From the IMG/VR virus record IMGVR_UViG_3300031992_000011: a stretch of DNA of 64,000 bases; one strand, given 5' to 3'. Each line of letters starts with the position of its first letter. The stretch's first letter is position 1. Origin of the DNA: a virus (taxonomy: Duplodnaviria > Caudoviricetes). Below the pieces are notes generated by a model, which saw only the letters and a program-made list of their open reading frames with translations, was not told the origin of the DNA and did no database searches. A program made the position numbers and the translations under genes. Below are positions 1 to 9,374 of the stretch, one piece after another.

Positions 1-1
1 A

Positions 2-2359
2 ATGGCAAGAAGGCACATTTTACACATCAAGTCCGGCAAGGCGCTCGACGACAAAATGTACGGGGTAATAAGCCAGCCGAAGATACCGTCGCCTGACCAG
101 ATTGAACCGGGCGAAATCGCCGTCAACTACGCTGACGGTGTAGAAACAATATCAACATTAAGCGTCGGGGTAAACCAAGAGAACGAGATTGAAAGAAAAG
201 TCGTCACGTTCTCGTCAGACCGCGCGCTCTATGACGTGGAGGAAGCCGTCGCTACCGCCATCGTCGGTCTCGACAACAAGATAGAGAACAACGCGCAGGA
301 CGTGTCAGGTCAAATCAGTGTCGTGTATGACACCATCAAGAACAAAGAGAAAGTGACGTCAGCGGCGCTGAACGACCTAAACAACAGGAAGGCCAACAAG
401 TCTGACACATACACCAAGACAGAGGTGGACAACCTGCTGAACAATGTCGAGATAGACATCGATGACGCCCTCGACACGGAATCGGAAAACCCGGTACAGA
501 ACAAGGTCGTCTCTGAGAATCTGTCAAGGATTGAATTAGTGTCGTCCGCCGCGTTCAACGACTTAAACAGCAAGAAGGCCGACAAGTCGGACACCTACAC
601 CAAGACGGAGGTGGACAACATGCTGAACAACTTTGGCATCGAAGTTGACGACGCCCTCGACGCGGAATCGGAAAACCCGGTGCAGAACAAGGTCGTCTCT
701 GAGAATCTGTCAAGGATGGAATTGGTGTCGTCCGCCGCGTTCAACGACTTGAACGACAGGAAACTCGACAGGTCTGAAGCGGACGGGTTTTTGACAGTCG
801 AGTCTGATCCTGTATTCACTTCTTCTGCGGCATACTCGATATCGGAAGAAGACATCAACAGGTGGAATGGCGCAGGTTCTTCAGACCTGATTGTCAGTGC
901 GTTAGTCGGATGGGTTTGCGACACAGATTTCCAGACAATCGTTGATGCCCACAAAGACGGCAGACAAGTGTATTTCCGATATCCAGGAGCGTCGCGTGAC
1001 AACCATGCCGGACAAACAGTCAACAGTCCGGCACTCATACCGCTTAAAAAAGTCACTGAAGATGACGGTGATGTCGAAGGTGAGGTCGAATTCTCTGCGT
1101 CGTGGTTCGAACCGAAATTCGATACATTTGTTCAATATACGATATTTGTGGTCGCTGAAGGAAACGTGGTTTCGCAAAGTTTCACCGCGGCAGACCCGTT
1201 GTTGAAGGCGGACTATAACCCCACCAACCCTATATTGTCACTGGACAAGGCAAGTTGCCCGTTTGACTTATCCCTTAACCGCGATTACAGCATAAGGGTT
1301 CTCATTCCGGATGAAGCCATTAATACTTCACGGATACGGATACATGATTTCGCCACGTTTGACATCAAAGAGTTTGTCCATACTTTATCGAAAACAGGCG
1401 GAAGAATAAGTCTGAAGGAAATCAATATGTCCGGTGGTGAGACCTTAGAACTTGAGTTCGACCCGGATACCGGCCAGTTCATCAGAAAAAACTACATGCG
1501 TATCGACGGCGCTGCCGCATCGGACGAATCTGTTTCAGGCGTGTCGTACAATTCTCAGTCACAAAAGATAGTGTTCACCGACAAATCAGGAAGCACCATC
1601 GCCGAAATCGACGCGACCGCTTTCATCAAGGACGGCATGGTGAACAGCGCTTCCGTTGTAGATGGAGACATTGTCATAACATTCAACACAGACGCGGGCA
1701 AGGATGCTATCCACATACCGCTCAATTCTATTGTGACAGTTGACGCTGAGTTGACGGAGAATGGCACCAACCCGGTCCAGGGCGGCGCTATATACGCAGA
1801 GTTGAAGCGTAATGAGCTTGTGGTGTCGTCGGCGTTAAATGACCTTAATGACAGAAAGCTCGATTCGGCCTCCATTGCGGAATGGGCCAAAAGCGATGTC
1901 AAACCGACTTACACATATGATGAGGTCGGCGCAATGCCGAACACTACGAAATACGCCGCGTCAATCGGGTATGATTCTGCCACACGCACGTTCTCGCTCT
2001 ACGATCAGAACAATGTCTCGATGGACAGCACGACACTGCCGGCGGCGACTTCCACGACCATGGGCATGGTCATTGCCGGCAATGACATCAACGTGAATGA
2101 CGGCGTCATATCACTTGACAAAGAGACAGTCGTCGACGACACGACAATGACTTCGACCAAGCCGGCGACGACAAAGGCGATATATGAAGCCATCGAAGAG
2201 GCGGCACGCGTCGCTTCGGCCGGAATAAACCAGAACAAGGACAGCATAACGTCACTCAACACTGAAGTAACAAGACTCAGCAGTCTTATCGAATCTTATC
2301 ATGACGAACTGGCCACTCTAATCGAGATGGAGGGTGACACTCTTTACATCAACCAATAA
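2..2359 (+). CDS. Repeat-rich tail fibre/appendage protein (paralog of the N-terminal part of 4868..9013)
   Basis: 785 aa; N-terminal 'P-Q-I--GEIAVNY' shared with the 4868 ORF; recurrent SAL/FNDL, SENPVQNKV and ETDP motifs, plus DATAFIKDGMV...ITFNTDAGK module, as seen in Bacteroidota phage fibres. Confidence 0.7.
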   Translation: MARRHILHIKSGKALDDKMYGVISQPKIPSPDQIEPGEIAVNYADGVETISTLSVGVNQENEIERKVVTFSSDRALYDVEEAVATAIVGLDNKIENNAQDVSGQISVVYDTIKNKEKVTSAALNDLNNRKANKSDTYTKTEVDNLLNNVEIDIDDALDTESENPVQNKVVSENLSRIELVSSAAFNDLNSKKADKSDTYTKTEVDNMLNNFGIEVDDALDAESENPVQNKVVSENLSRMELVSSAAFNDLNDRKLDRSEADGFLTVESDPVFTSSAAYSISEEDINRWNGAGSSDLIVSALVGWVCDTDFQTIVDAHKDGRQVYFRYPGASRDNHAGQTVNSPALIPLKKVTEDDGDVEGEVEFSASWFEPKFDTFVQYTIFVVAEGNVVSQSFTAADPLLKADYNPTNPILSLDKASCPFDLSLNRDYSIRVLIPDEAINTSRIRIHDFATFDIKEFVHTLSKTGGRISLKEINMSGGETLELEFDPDTGQFIRKNYMRIDGAAASDESVSGVSYNSQSQKIVFTDKSGSTIAEIDATAFIKDGMVNSASVVDGDIVITFNTDAGKDAIHIPLNSIVTVDAELTENGTNPVQGGAIYAELKRNELVVSSALNDLNDRKLDSASIAEWAKSDVKPTYTYDEVGAMPNTTKYAASIGYDSATRTFSLYDQNNVSMDSTTLPAATSTTMGMVIAGNDINVNDGVISLDKETVVDDTTMTSTKPATTKAIYEAIEEAARVASAGINQNKDSITSLNTEVTRLSSLIESYHDELATLIEMEGDTLYINQ
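392..763 (+). repeat. Two tandem 186-nt (62-aa) coding repeats (ADKSDTYTK...SAAFNDL)
   Basis: Units begin at 392 and 578; long identical stretches such as cagaacaaggtcgtctctgagaatctgtcaaggat; further copies at about 5590-5960. Confidence 0.9.
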
Positions 2360-2376
2360 AAACAGCAGTCAATATT

Positions 2377-3660
2377 ATGGAACCACTGTATATTTCGAAA
2401 ATAAGTGCAAAAAAGAGCGGTATCGAGCGCAAAATACTCGACACTAACAAGATAATAAGCGCGACGTATGCCGAACTGTCCACGATGGTGACCAACGAAG
2501 CACTTATTCCCGGACAGATGTATCGCATCACGGACTATGTCACAACGGTCAAGTCGACCGAGACTGACGTGCAGAGTGCCGGACATCAGTTCGACATCAT
2601 CGTCACGGCGCAGTCCTCCACAGACTTCTTCGGCCAGGCAAAGGCGGCGCTGCACGACGGGGACACATATTTCGCCTCAAGCGACCTTTCCAAGTGGGAA
2701 CTCGGATACAAATTCAAGGCGACAGCAAAATACTCGTGGGCAGATCCGGACAATAGCAAGGGTGTGATATACTACATGAAGGACGACAGAGGAAACAGCG
2801 CCCCATATGACTTCAAGAACATAATGTTCCGCAGGTACAAGGCGTCGAATGCCAGCTTTGTCCAGAATACATTCATGAACACAGCCCCCGCCAATGCTGA
2901 GACCACTGCCATAACATCGTCAATTACAAGAACATTAGACGGAATGTGGGCGTTTTATAGCGCAGGTTCGAAAATATTTGACCTGATACAAGTTGATCCC
3001 GACACTTCCGATTCCATATTCTTGTACACGTGGTCGTCGCTGACTGTCGTTGAAGGTGCGCCTAACTGCGTCGACCTGTCCATCTCCGGGGCGTCAAATG
3101 TCCACATCAATTTGGGGGACGATTTTCCGGACACACAAAAACTTCCGAATATCGTTACCGTGTCGTACCCGCCAAACACGTCGTCGCCATACCGTCCGGC
3201 GTACACCAACATTCGGCTCAGCGGAAGCAATGTCACATTGTATAGCAACATACAGAAACTTTCCTCCGTCGACATAAACGGGACAGAATCTGTGTTCGTG
3301 CATAACGCAACCTCATCGCAAATGTTGAAAGTCGGGGGCTCATTCTCACATTGTCTTATAGTCAACTCGGAAGTGTACTCGCATCCGCTGCTGACTTCTT
3401 GCACGTTCTACTCATGTGCCGCAATCACCGCGGTATGCGACGCATCGTATCTGACGATGTCGAATATTGATGAGGGGATAGTGATGGGGTCGTCGCTATA
3501 CGCATACGGAGGAGACTCCGCTACCCATAGTAAATTCACGGACTTTGCGGCGCCGTCCGACATACAAGGAAATGTGCGGTATCCTGTCGTTGTCCGACTG
3601 CCGGACCTCGATGCCACGTCAAGCGGCAACCACCAGAACCTTACGTACACATCAGCATAA
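2377..3660 (+). CDS. Fibre/receptor-binding protein (paralog of the C-terminal part of 4868..9013)
   Basis: TY-EL...YRITDY..T...SA-H-FDIIV-A...HDGDTYFA-S-L--W-L-Y...KGV--YMKD...YDFKNIMF block shared with the 4868 ORF; beta-helix-like C-terminus. Confidence 0.65.
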   Translation: MEPLYISKISAKKSGIERKILDTNKIISATYAELSTMVTNEALIPGQMYRITDYVTTVKSTETDVQSAGHQFDIIVTAQSSTDFFGQAKAALHDGDTYFASSDLSKWELGYKFKATAKYSWADPDNSKGVIYYMKDDRGNSAPYDFKNIMFRRYKASNASFVQNTFMNTAPANAETTAITSSITRTLDGMWAFYSAGSKIFDLIQVDPDTSDSIFLYTWSSLTVVEGAPNCVDLSISGASNVHINLGDDFPDTQKLPNIVTVSYPPNTSSPYRPAYTNIRLSGSNVTLYSNIQKLSSVDINGTESVFVHNATSSQMLKVGGSFSHCLIVNSEVYSHPLLTSCTFYSCAAITAVCDASYLTMSNIDEGIVMGSSLYAYGGDSATHSKFTDFAAPSDIQGNVRYPVVVRLPDLDATSSGNHQNLTYTSA

Positions 3661-3682
3661 CAACGAAACGGAATAGATTGTA

Positions 3683-3859
3683 ATGAAAACCATCGGGAAA
3701 AAGATATATGCCGACAAAGGCAAATCACTGTATAGGAAGGAAGACGGTTCCGGACCGTTCAAATGCGTGTCATTGGGGTTCGGAATATTCAATAACGGAA
3801 CTCTGAGGTCTGAGAAGGCCGAAGACTACGAGGAAAGGAAAGACGATAACAATGGCTAA
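3683..3859 (+). CDS. Small 58-aa protein, paralog of 9126..9371 (possible fibre chaperone/adaptor)
   Basis: Not in ORF track; MKTIGKKIYADKGKSLYRKEDGSGPFKCVSLGF...AEDYEE; shares I-AD-GK-L-R...V-LGF...ED(F/Y)-E with the 9126 ORF and fills the gap between genes. Confidence 0.7.
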   Translation: MKTIGKKIYADKGKSLYRKEDGSGPFKCVSLGFGIFNNGTLRSEKAEDYEERKDDNNG

Positions 3860-4850
3860 GAACATATTCAAAGTAAGCAAGGAGAGCGACTATGAGATGA
3901 TGGTGAGGAACAACCTTGTGGTTCCGCATATCGTGCTTATAGAGGAGACGGGTGAGGCGAAAGTCTCCGGACTTTTCAGACAGAAAGACGCCGCAGAGGC
4001 CGGCGATCTTGTGTGTTTTGTCAACGGTGTCCCGAGGTTTGTCAGGCCGGAAGGATGGAATGATTCGCTCGCCGAGAAATACGGCCGTCCTGAGGCGATG
4101 GTCATCAAGCCGTCGTCTCACACGGAAGACGGGAGGACAGTCTGCATGTCTATCGAACTTCTGACCGACGGCATCAACGGAAAGGTGTCGACAGAGTTCC
4201 TTTCATCCGCTGCGGCCACGGAAATCCCGTCATATGACGGCGTGTGTGTCAAAGTGGACAACATGCTTAACACGACTTATGGAAGCGGTAGTACCGGGTA
4301 TCTGCCTTCGACCCATGCGACAGGAACAGCATGCGCCGAGGACGCTGTGACCAAATACATTGACACCGAGAACATGTGTCCGTCACCATACGGTCCTGAC
4401 GGCAGCGCATACGCCATGTATAACGACCCTATGATTTCGCCGGACGACAACACGACAATCCTCAATGTGCTCGCCAACGAAGTTGCCGAACTTGACGCGC
4501 TGATACAACAGAGCATCGACTCTAATGCATTCAACACATCAAGCGGATGGCACAGGGCGTCAGTCTACTCGACACCGAACATACAGGCCGGTCAGTGGAG
4601 TCTGGCCTCGTGCAACGAGATCGGGTACATCGTGGCAAGGAAGTCGAGAGTGCTTTATTCGCTCGGGAAAGTGGACAGTGGAAGCGCGCTGTACAAGACG
4701 CTGTCAGGTGTGCTGTACGGTTCAGAAACGGAAGCGGACGGCAAACTGATGTCAAGGCAACCCGGATGGTTTGTCGACACGGCAACCGGCGAGGTTGGCA
4801 CATACCCAACTGGTAACTTCATGAAGGCAGTCGCGGTAACAGCAATCTAA
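3852..4850 (+). CDS. Hypothetical virion-associated protein
   Basis: 332 aa, co-oriented in the fibre cluster; 'GQWSLASCNEIGYI' weakly resembles the W-LPS--EL motif of C-type-lectin-like domains. Confidence 0.5.
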   Translation: MAKNIFKVSKESDYEMMVRNNLVVPHIVLIEETGEAKVSGLFRQKDAAEAGDLVCFVNGVPRFVRPEGWNDSLAEKYGRPEAMVIKPSSHTEDGRTVCMSIELLTDGINGKVSTEFLSSAAATEIPSYDGVCVKVDNMLNTTYGSGSTGYLPSTHATGTACAEDAVTKYIDTENMCPSPYGPDGSAYAMYNDPMISPDDNTTILNVLANEVAELDALIQQSIDSNAFNTSSGWHRASVYSTPNIQAGQWSLASCNEIGYIVARKSRVLYSLGKVDSGSALYKTLSGVLYGSETEADGKLMSRQPGWFVDTATGEVGTYPTGNFMKAVAVTAI

Positions 4851-4867
4851 AGCGGAAATAGGAACAA

Positions 4868-7800
4868 ATGGGAAGGAAAGTATTACATCTAAGGAACGGG
4901 AATAACAATGTACTGCCGACACCGGCACAGATACTTGTCGGAGAAATAGCCATAAACTATTTCAAAGACAACGAGATGCTCGCAATCAAGAACAGTGCCG
5001 GCGAGGTTGTCACATTCTCTTCGGATACACTAAACAACGCTTACCGGCAGGCAAACGAGCGTGTGGTGGCGTCAGCGCTAAATGACCTTGAGGAACGCAA
5101 ACTTGACAAGTCTGAGGCAGAAGATTTCATAACGGCCGAGACCGATCCGACAGTGCCCGCATGGGCGAAGTCACCGACAAAGCCTTCGTACACGGCGGCA
5201 GAAGTCGGTGCTCTGCCTGACAGCACAAAGTACGGTGTCTCGATTTATTATGACACGGAGAATAAGCAGATTTTGCTGAAGGACGCCGACAATAACACAC
5301 TGGGGTCGCCGATTGACGCCACCGCGTTCATCAAGGACGGCATGGTGAGCAGCGCTTCTGTCACGACTCCTTCAGAAGGAGGCAACGCCGGCGTGCAGTG
5401 CCTGGTGATTACGTTCAACACTGACGCAGGTAAACAGCCTATCGAGATACCGCTGTCTGATTTTATTACGGTGGACGATGAGCTTGACGCGACTTCGGAG
5501 AATCCTCTGCAGAATAAGGTGATAAAAGAGAACCTTGACCGCATTGAACTTGTCACGGCCGCCGCACTGAACGACATGAACAGCAATAAGGCCGACAAGT
5601 CGGACACCTACACAAAGTCGGAAGTGGACAACCTGCTGAACAATGTCGAGATAGACATCGATGACGCCCTCGACACGGAATCGGAAAACCCGGTGCAGAA
5701 CAAGGTGATTTCAGACAACCTCACCCGTATCGAGGAGGTGACATCTTCCGCCTTGAACGACATCAACGACAGAAAGGCCGACAAGTCGGACACCTACACC
5801 AAGTCGGAGGTGGACAGCATGCTGGACAATGTCGAGATTGAAGTCGACAACGAAATGCTCGACAATTCTGAGAACCCGGTGCAGAACAAGGTGATAACCG
5901 GTCATATCAGCCGTATCGAAAAGGTCACGTCATCCGCACTCAACGACCTTGAGGAGCGCAAGCTCGACAAAAGTGAGGCCGATAACTTCTTGACTGTTGA
6001 AACCGACCCGACGGTTCCGGCGTGGGCCAAAGCGTCGGAAAAACCGTCATATGACGCGTCGGAGATTGTGTACACGACAGAGGCGGCGACACAGTACCTG
6101 ACTTCCGGCGACAACCTGCGAGATTCTTTGGAAGCGCTCGACGAAGCGGTCGCAGGAAAACAGGATGAACTTACGTTTGACACGGAACCTGTCGAGAATA
6201 GCACAAATCCCGTAACGAGCGGTGGTGTCTATGCCGTGATAGCCGACTCGGAAGAAGTCGTCGCCGCCGCGTTGAATGACCTCGAGGACAGAAAACTCGA
6301 CAAGGCGGACGCGCAGAACTTCCTGACACAGGAGACCGACCCGCTGTTCACCGCATCACCGGCATATGGCATAACAAGCGGTAACATCACGGACTGGAAC
6401 TCGAAACAGCCGGGCGGCACTTACGTGTCAAGCGTGCAGTACGATTCGGCAGCGAAGAAAATATATTTCAAGGACAAGGACGGTGCAACCATAGCGTCGT
6501 CAACAATAGACGCTTCGGACTTCATAAAAGACGGTATGCTGAGCAACGCGGAAGTTTCCGGCGGAAACCTTGTGCTGACGTTCAACACCGACGCGGGAAA
6601 ACAACCTATACAGATACCTCTGACTGACTTTGTGGTTGTGGACAATGAACTGCTTGACAACTCCGAGAACCCTGTTCAGAACAAAGTCATCACGGCGAAC
6701 CTTTCCCGCATCGAGCGCGTCACTTCGACAGCGTTGAATGACCTTGAGGAGCGCAAACTCGACAGAAGCGAGGCCGATGACTTCCTGACGGTTGAAACCG
6801 ACCCGACGGTGCCGGCGTGGGCCAAAGCGCCGTCAAAACCGTCGTATGCGGCGTCAGAGATCACATACGACGGAAGTGACGTTGAAACCGCATTGGATTC
6901 CATCGCAGACAAGCAAGACCAACTCACATTCGACACAGTTCCGACGGCAAACAGCACCAATCCGGTCACAAGCGGCGGGTTGTACACAGTCATAGTCGAC
7001 AATGAGAAGGTGACGGCGGCGGCTTTCAACGATATTGAACAGCGTAAACTGGATAAGGATGAGGCCGCGTCCACATACGCGCCGCAGTCGTCCACATACA
7101 CAAAGAGCGAGGTGGACAACCTTGTCCAAGGCTCCGTCGTAAGTGTGGACGATGAACTGCTTGACGACTCCGAGAATCCGGTGCAGAACAAAGTCATAGC
7201 AGAGAGCATACTGAGGATAGAGACGGTGACTGCCGCTGCCTTGAACGACCTTAATGAGAGGACATATAATCTTGGCACTGACACAGATTCACTGCAAGAA
7301 TCCGTACAAAGCATCAACGAAACAATCGCTGACATACAGGACGAGATTGACTCGCTGTCACCGGAATACACCGTCAACGGAAAGACCGGAACAGCAAGCA
7401 ATCCGATTGTGCTCGACGGACGGGACATCAAACTCACCGGTTACACTTCGCCGTCGAACAACACAGACTATGACCCGATAGCACAGACCGACACCATCAA
7501 CCAGGCGTTCTCGAAGGTGATAGAAGCGATGACGGACAACGAAGATGTAGCGGCCGCCGCAATCAATAACCTTGACGCGAGACTCAGGGGTGTGAGTTCC
7601 GACCTGCAGACACTCATCGACAACCCGGTCGAACCGATGGTAGAAGTCACTTACAGCGAGCTTGTGGCGCTGAAGAACGGAGGTGAGCTTGCCGCCGGGT
7701 CGTGGTACAGGATTACCGACTACCAGTGCACAACAACGCAGACGGGTACATCATCGGCAAACCATCCGTTTGACATCATCGTTCTCGCGTTAAGCAACAA

Positions 7801-9013
7801 CACGCTGTCAGAGGAGGCAAGGGCAATACAGCACGATGGGGACACCTATTTTGCGAAATCAAAACTGAACGCATGGCAGCTCAAGTACTCGCTTGAGAAT
7901 GACAAGGTGAAATATGGTTGGGCAGATACCGTGAACGGAAAGGGTGTTGTCTGGTATATGAAGGATGAGTGGAACAATGAGTGCGGTTATGACTTCAAGA
8001 ACATCATGTTTACGAGGGCACTAACGAATGGAGCGCTTGATAAGGACAATGGCACCAACACATCCGTCTACACATTCAACGGTTATCTCGGCGGAAATCA
8101 GATTGACCTGTCAAACGGAATTGACTTGGCGGTCGCTGGTGGGAACGGGTATGTTACGATGTGCGCCGAGAACATCATTAAATCATGGTATGATTATGGA
8201 AATCAGACAAGTATTGTTCAAGGCAACGGTCTTATGTTGCTGAATGACAATGTTTTTCTTTGCTCGGCAAATAATATCGGAGAAATCCAAAATTTGTATG
8301 TTTTTGGAAATGTGTTTGAACAAAGTTGTTATCAGAACACATTACATGGTTTTGCCGAGAAAAATGTATTCGGTGAAAATTGTGAAGACAACACGTTCGG
8401 GACTAATTGTGGCAACAACACGTTCGGAAATAATTGTGACCGCAACACATTCGGGAATAATTGCGTAAGCAACACGTTCGGGAATAATTGTGACGACAAC
8501 TCGTTCGGGTATAATTGCGTCGGCAATACGTTCGGGTTTTACTGTGGCAACAACACGTTCGGGGAATCCTGTTACCGCAACACGTTCTGGAATGACTGTA
8601 GCGGCAACGCATTCGGGACTAGTTGTAGTAACAACATGTTCGGGAATAATTGCGCAAGCAACACGTTCGGGACTAATTGTGGCAACAACACGTTCAGGAA
8701 TCAATGCTTAAGCAACACGTTCGGGAATAGTTGTAGTAGCAACGTGTTCGGGGACTCTTGTTTGCTCAATAGATTTGGAACTGGAACAGCGATAATAAAT
8801 TATGTGAGATATATTCAAGTCGAAAACGGTGTTCTGTACGCCGATATAACAACAACTGCGACAACAAGTGCTGCAAATTATTTGCAGAATATCACAGTTT
8901 CTCAAGGCGTAAGTGGCACAGATACGACACATAAGGTAATCAGTCACCCGACCGTCGGCGACACGTTCCAGACGATTTACCGTCCAGCGAACTCTCAGAT
9001 TGTGAGTGTGTGA
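4868..9013 (+). CDS. Long tail fibre/receptor-binding protein with C-terminal NTFGNNC repeat solenoid
   Basis: 1381 aa; many SALNDL/ENPVQNKV/ETDP repeats, two FIKDGM modules, YRITDY...YDFKNIMF domain and 15 nonapeptide repeats near the C-terminus. Confidence 0.75.
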   Translation: MGRKVLHLRNGNNNVLPTPAQILVGEIAINYFKDNEMLAIKNSAGEVVTFSSDTLNNAYRQANERVVASALNDLEERKLDKSEAEDFITAETDPTVPAWAKSPTKPSYTAAEVGALPDSTKYGVSIYYDTENKQILLKDADNNTLGSPIDATAFIKDGMVSSASVTTPSEGGNAGVQCLVITFNTDAGKQPIEIPLSDFITVDDELDATSENPLQNKVIKENLDRIELVTAAALNDMNSNKADKSDTYTKSEVDNLLNNVEIDIDDALDTESENPVQNKVISDNLTRIEEVTSSALNDINDRKADKSDTYTKSEVDSMLDNVEIEVDNEMLDNSENPVQNKVITGHISRIEKVTSSALNDLEERKLDKSEADNFLTVETDPTVPAWAKASEKPSYDASEIVYTTEAATQYLTSGDNLRDSLEALDEAVAGKQDELTFDTEPVENSTNPVTSGGVYAVIADSEEVVAAALNDLEDRKLDKADAQNFLTQETDPLFTASPAYGITSGNITDWNSKQPGGTYVSSVQYDSAAKKIYFKDKDGATIASSTIDASDFIKDGMLSNAEVSGGNLVLTFNTDAGKQPIQIPLTDFVVVDNELLDNSENPVQNKVITANLSRIERVTSTALNDLEERKLDRSEADDFLTVETDPTVPAWAKAPSKPSYAASEITYDGSDVETALDSIADKQDQLTFDTVPTANSTNPVTSGGLYTVIVDNEKVTAAAFNDIEQRKLDKDEAASTYAPQSSTYTKSEVDNLVQGSVVSVDDELLDDSENPVQNKVIAESILRIETVTAAALNDLNERTYNLGTDTDSLQESVQSINETIADIQDEIDSLSPEYTVNGKTGTASNPIVLDGRDIKLTGYTSPSNNTDYDPIAQTDTINQAFSKVIEAMTDNEDVAAAAINNLDARLRGVSSDLQTLIDNPVEPMVEVTYSELVALKNGGELAAGSWYRITDYQCTTTQTGTSSANHPFDIIVLALSNNTLSEEARAIQHDGDTYFAKSKLNAWQLKYSLENDKVKYGWADTVNGKGVVWYMKDEWNNECGYDFKNIMFTRALTNGALDKDNGTNTSVYTFNGYLGGNQIDLSNGIDLAVAGGNGYVTMCAENIIKSWYDYGNQTSIVQGNGLMLLNDNVFLCSANNIGEIQNLYVFGNVFEQSCYQNTLHGFAEKNVFGENCEDNTFGTNCGNNTFGNNCDRNTFGNNCVSNTFGNNCDDNSFGYNCVGNTFGFYCGNNTFGESCYRNTFWNDCSGNAFGTSCSNNMFGNNCASNTFGTNCGNNTFRNQCLSNTFGNSCSSNVFGDSCLLNRFGTGTAIINYVRYIQVENGVLYADITTTATTSAANYLQNITVSQGVSGTDTTHKVISHPTVGDTFQTIYRPANSQIVSV
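8363..8767 (+). repeat. 15 tandem 27-nt coding repeats, consensus AAC ACG TTC GGG AAT AAT TGT NNN NNC (N-T-F-G-N-N-C-x-x)
   Basis: Units at 8363+27n; units 8390 and 8660 identical; codon 9 ends in C in all 15 units. Confidence 0.95.
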
Positions 9014-9039
9014 TAGTTATAAATGTGCAACAGCATGCT

Positions 9040-9074
9040 AAATTCCGGTACATATGTGTGTGCCGGAATTTTTG
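9040..9074 (+). terminator. Intrinsic terminator after fibre gene
   Basis: aaattccggtaca...tgtgccggaattt inverted repeat followed by T-run. Confidence 0.65.
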
Positions 9075-9087
9075 TTTCCACTTCTTC

Positions 9088-9094
9088 TATTTAT
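9088..9094 (+). promoter_or_regulatory. Putative phage late promoter TATTTAT
   Basis: Recurrent motif; ATG at 9126. Confidence 0.6.
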
Positions 9095-9125
9095 TGGGTG
9101 GTAAAGAATTTATCTACAGTTAATC

Positions 9126-9371
9126 ATGAAGACAGAAATAAGGGATAATGGAATAAAGAACTGCACAGTGATAACGGCCGATGAAGGAAAGGTGTTGAGG
9201 CGCATCTCCAACGGTGAAGTGGTCGGCAAGGAGGTATGGCTCGGGTTCACGTTCTACATTGACGGGGTCCGGCAAAAGCCGCCCCATCTGGATGTTCCGG
9301 AAGATTTCGATGAAATTGACGAACCCGAAGATATCGGCACTGACGATAATACAGAAGAAACAAGTATGTGA
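9126..9371 (+). CDS. Small acidic protein following fibre gene (possible chaperone/adaptor)
   Basis: 81 aa, ITADEGKVLRRI...EVWLGF...PEDFDE; paralog of 3683..3859. Confidence 0.65.
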   Translation: MKTEIRDNGIKNCTVITADEGKVLRRISNGEVVGKEVWLGFTFYIDGVRQKPPHLDVPEDFDEIDEPEDIGTDDNTEETSM

Positions 9372-9374
9372 CAT

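Noticed and set aside
2340-2380. Programmed frameshift or readthrough joining ORF 2..2359 to ORF 2377..3660
   Set aside because: No clear slippery heptamer or stimulatory structure; the second ORF has its own ATG in an A/T-rich context
8363-8767. CRISPR array
   Set aside because: The repeats are contiguous 27-nt in-frame coding units without unique spacers, and no cas genes are seen
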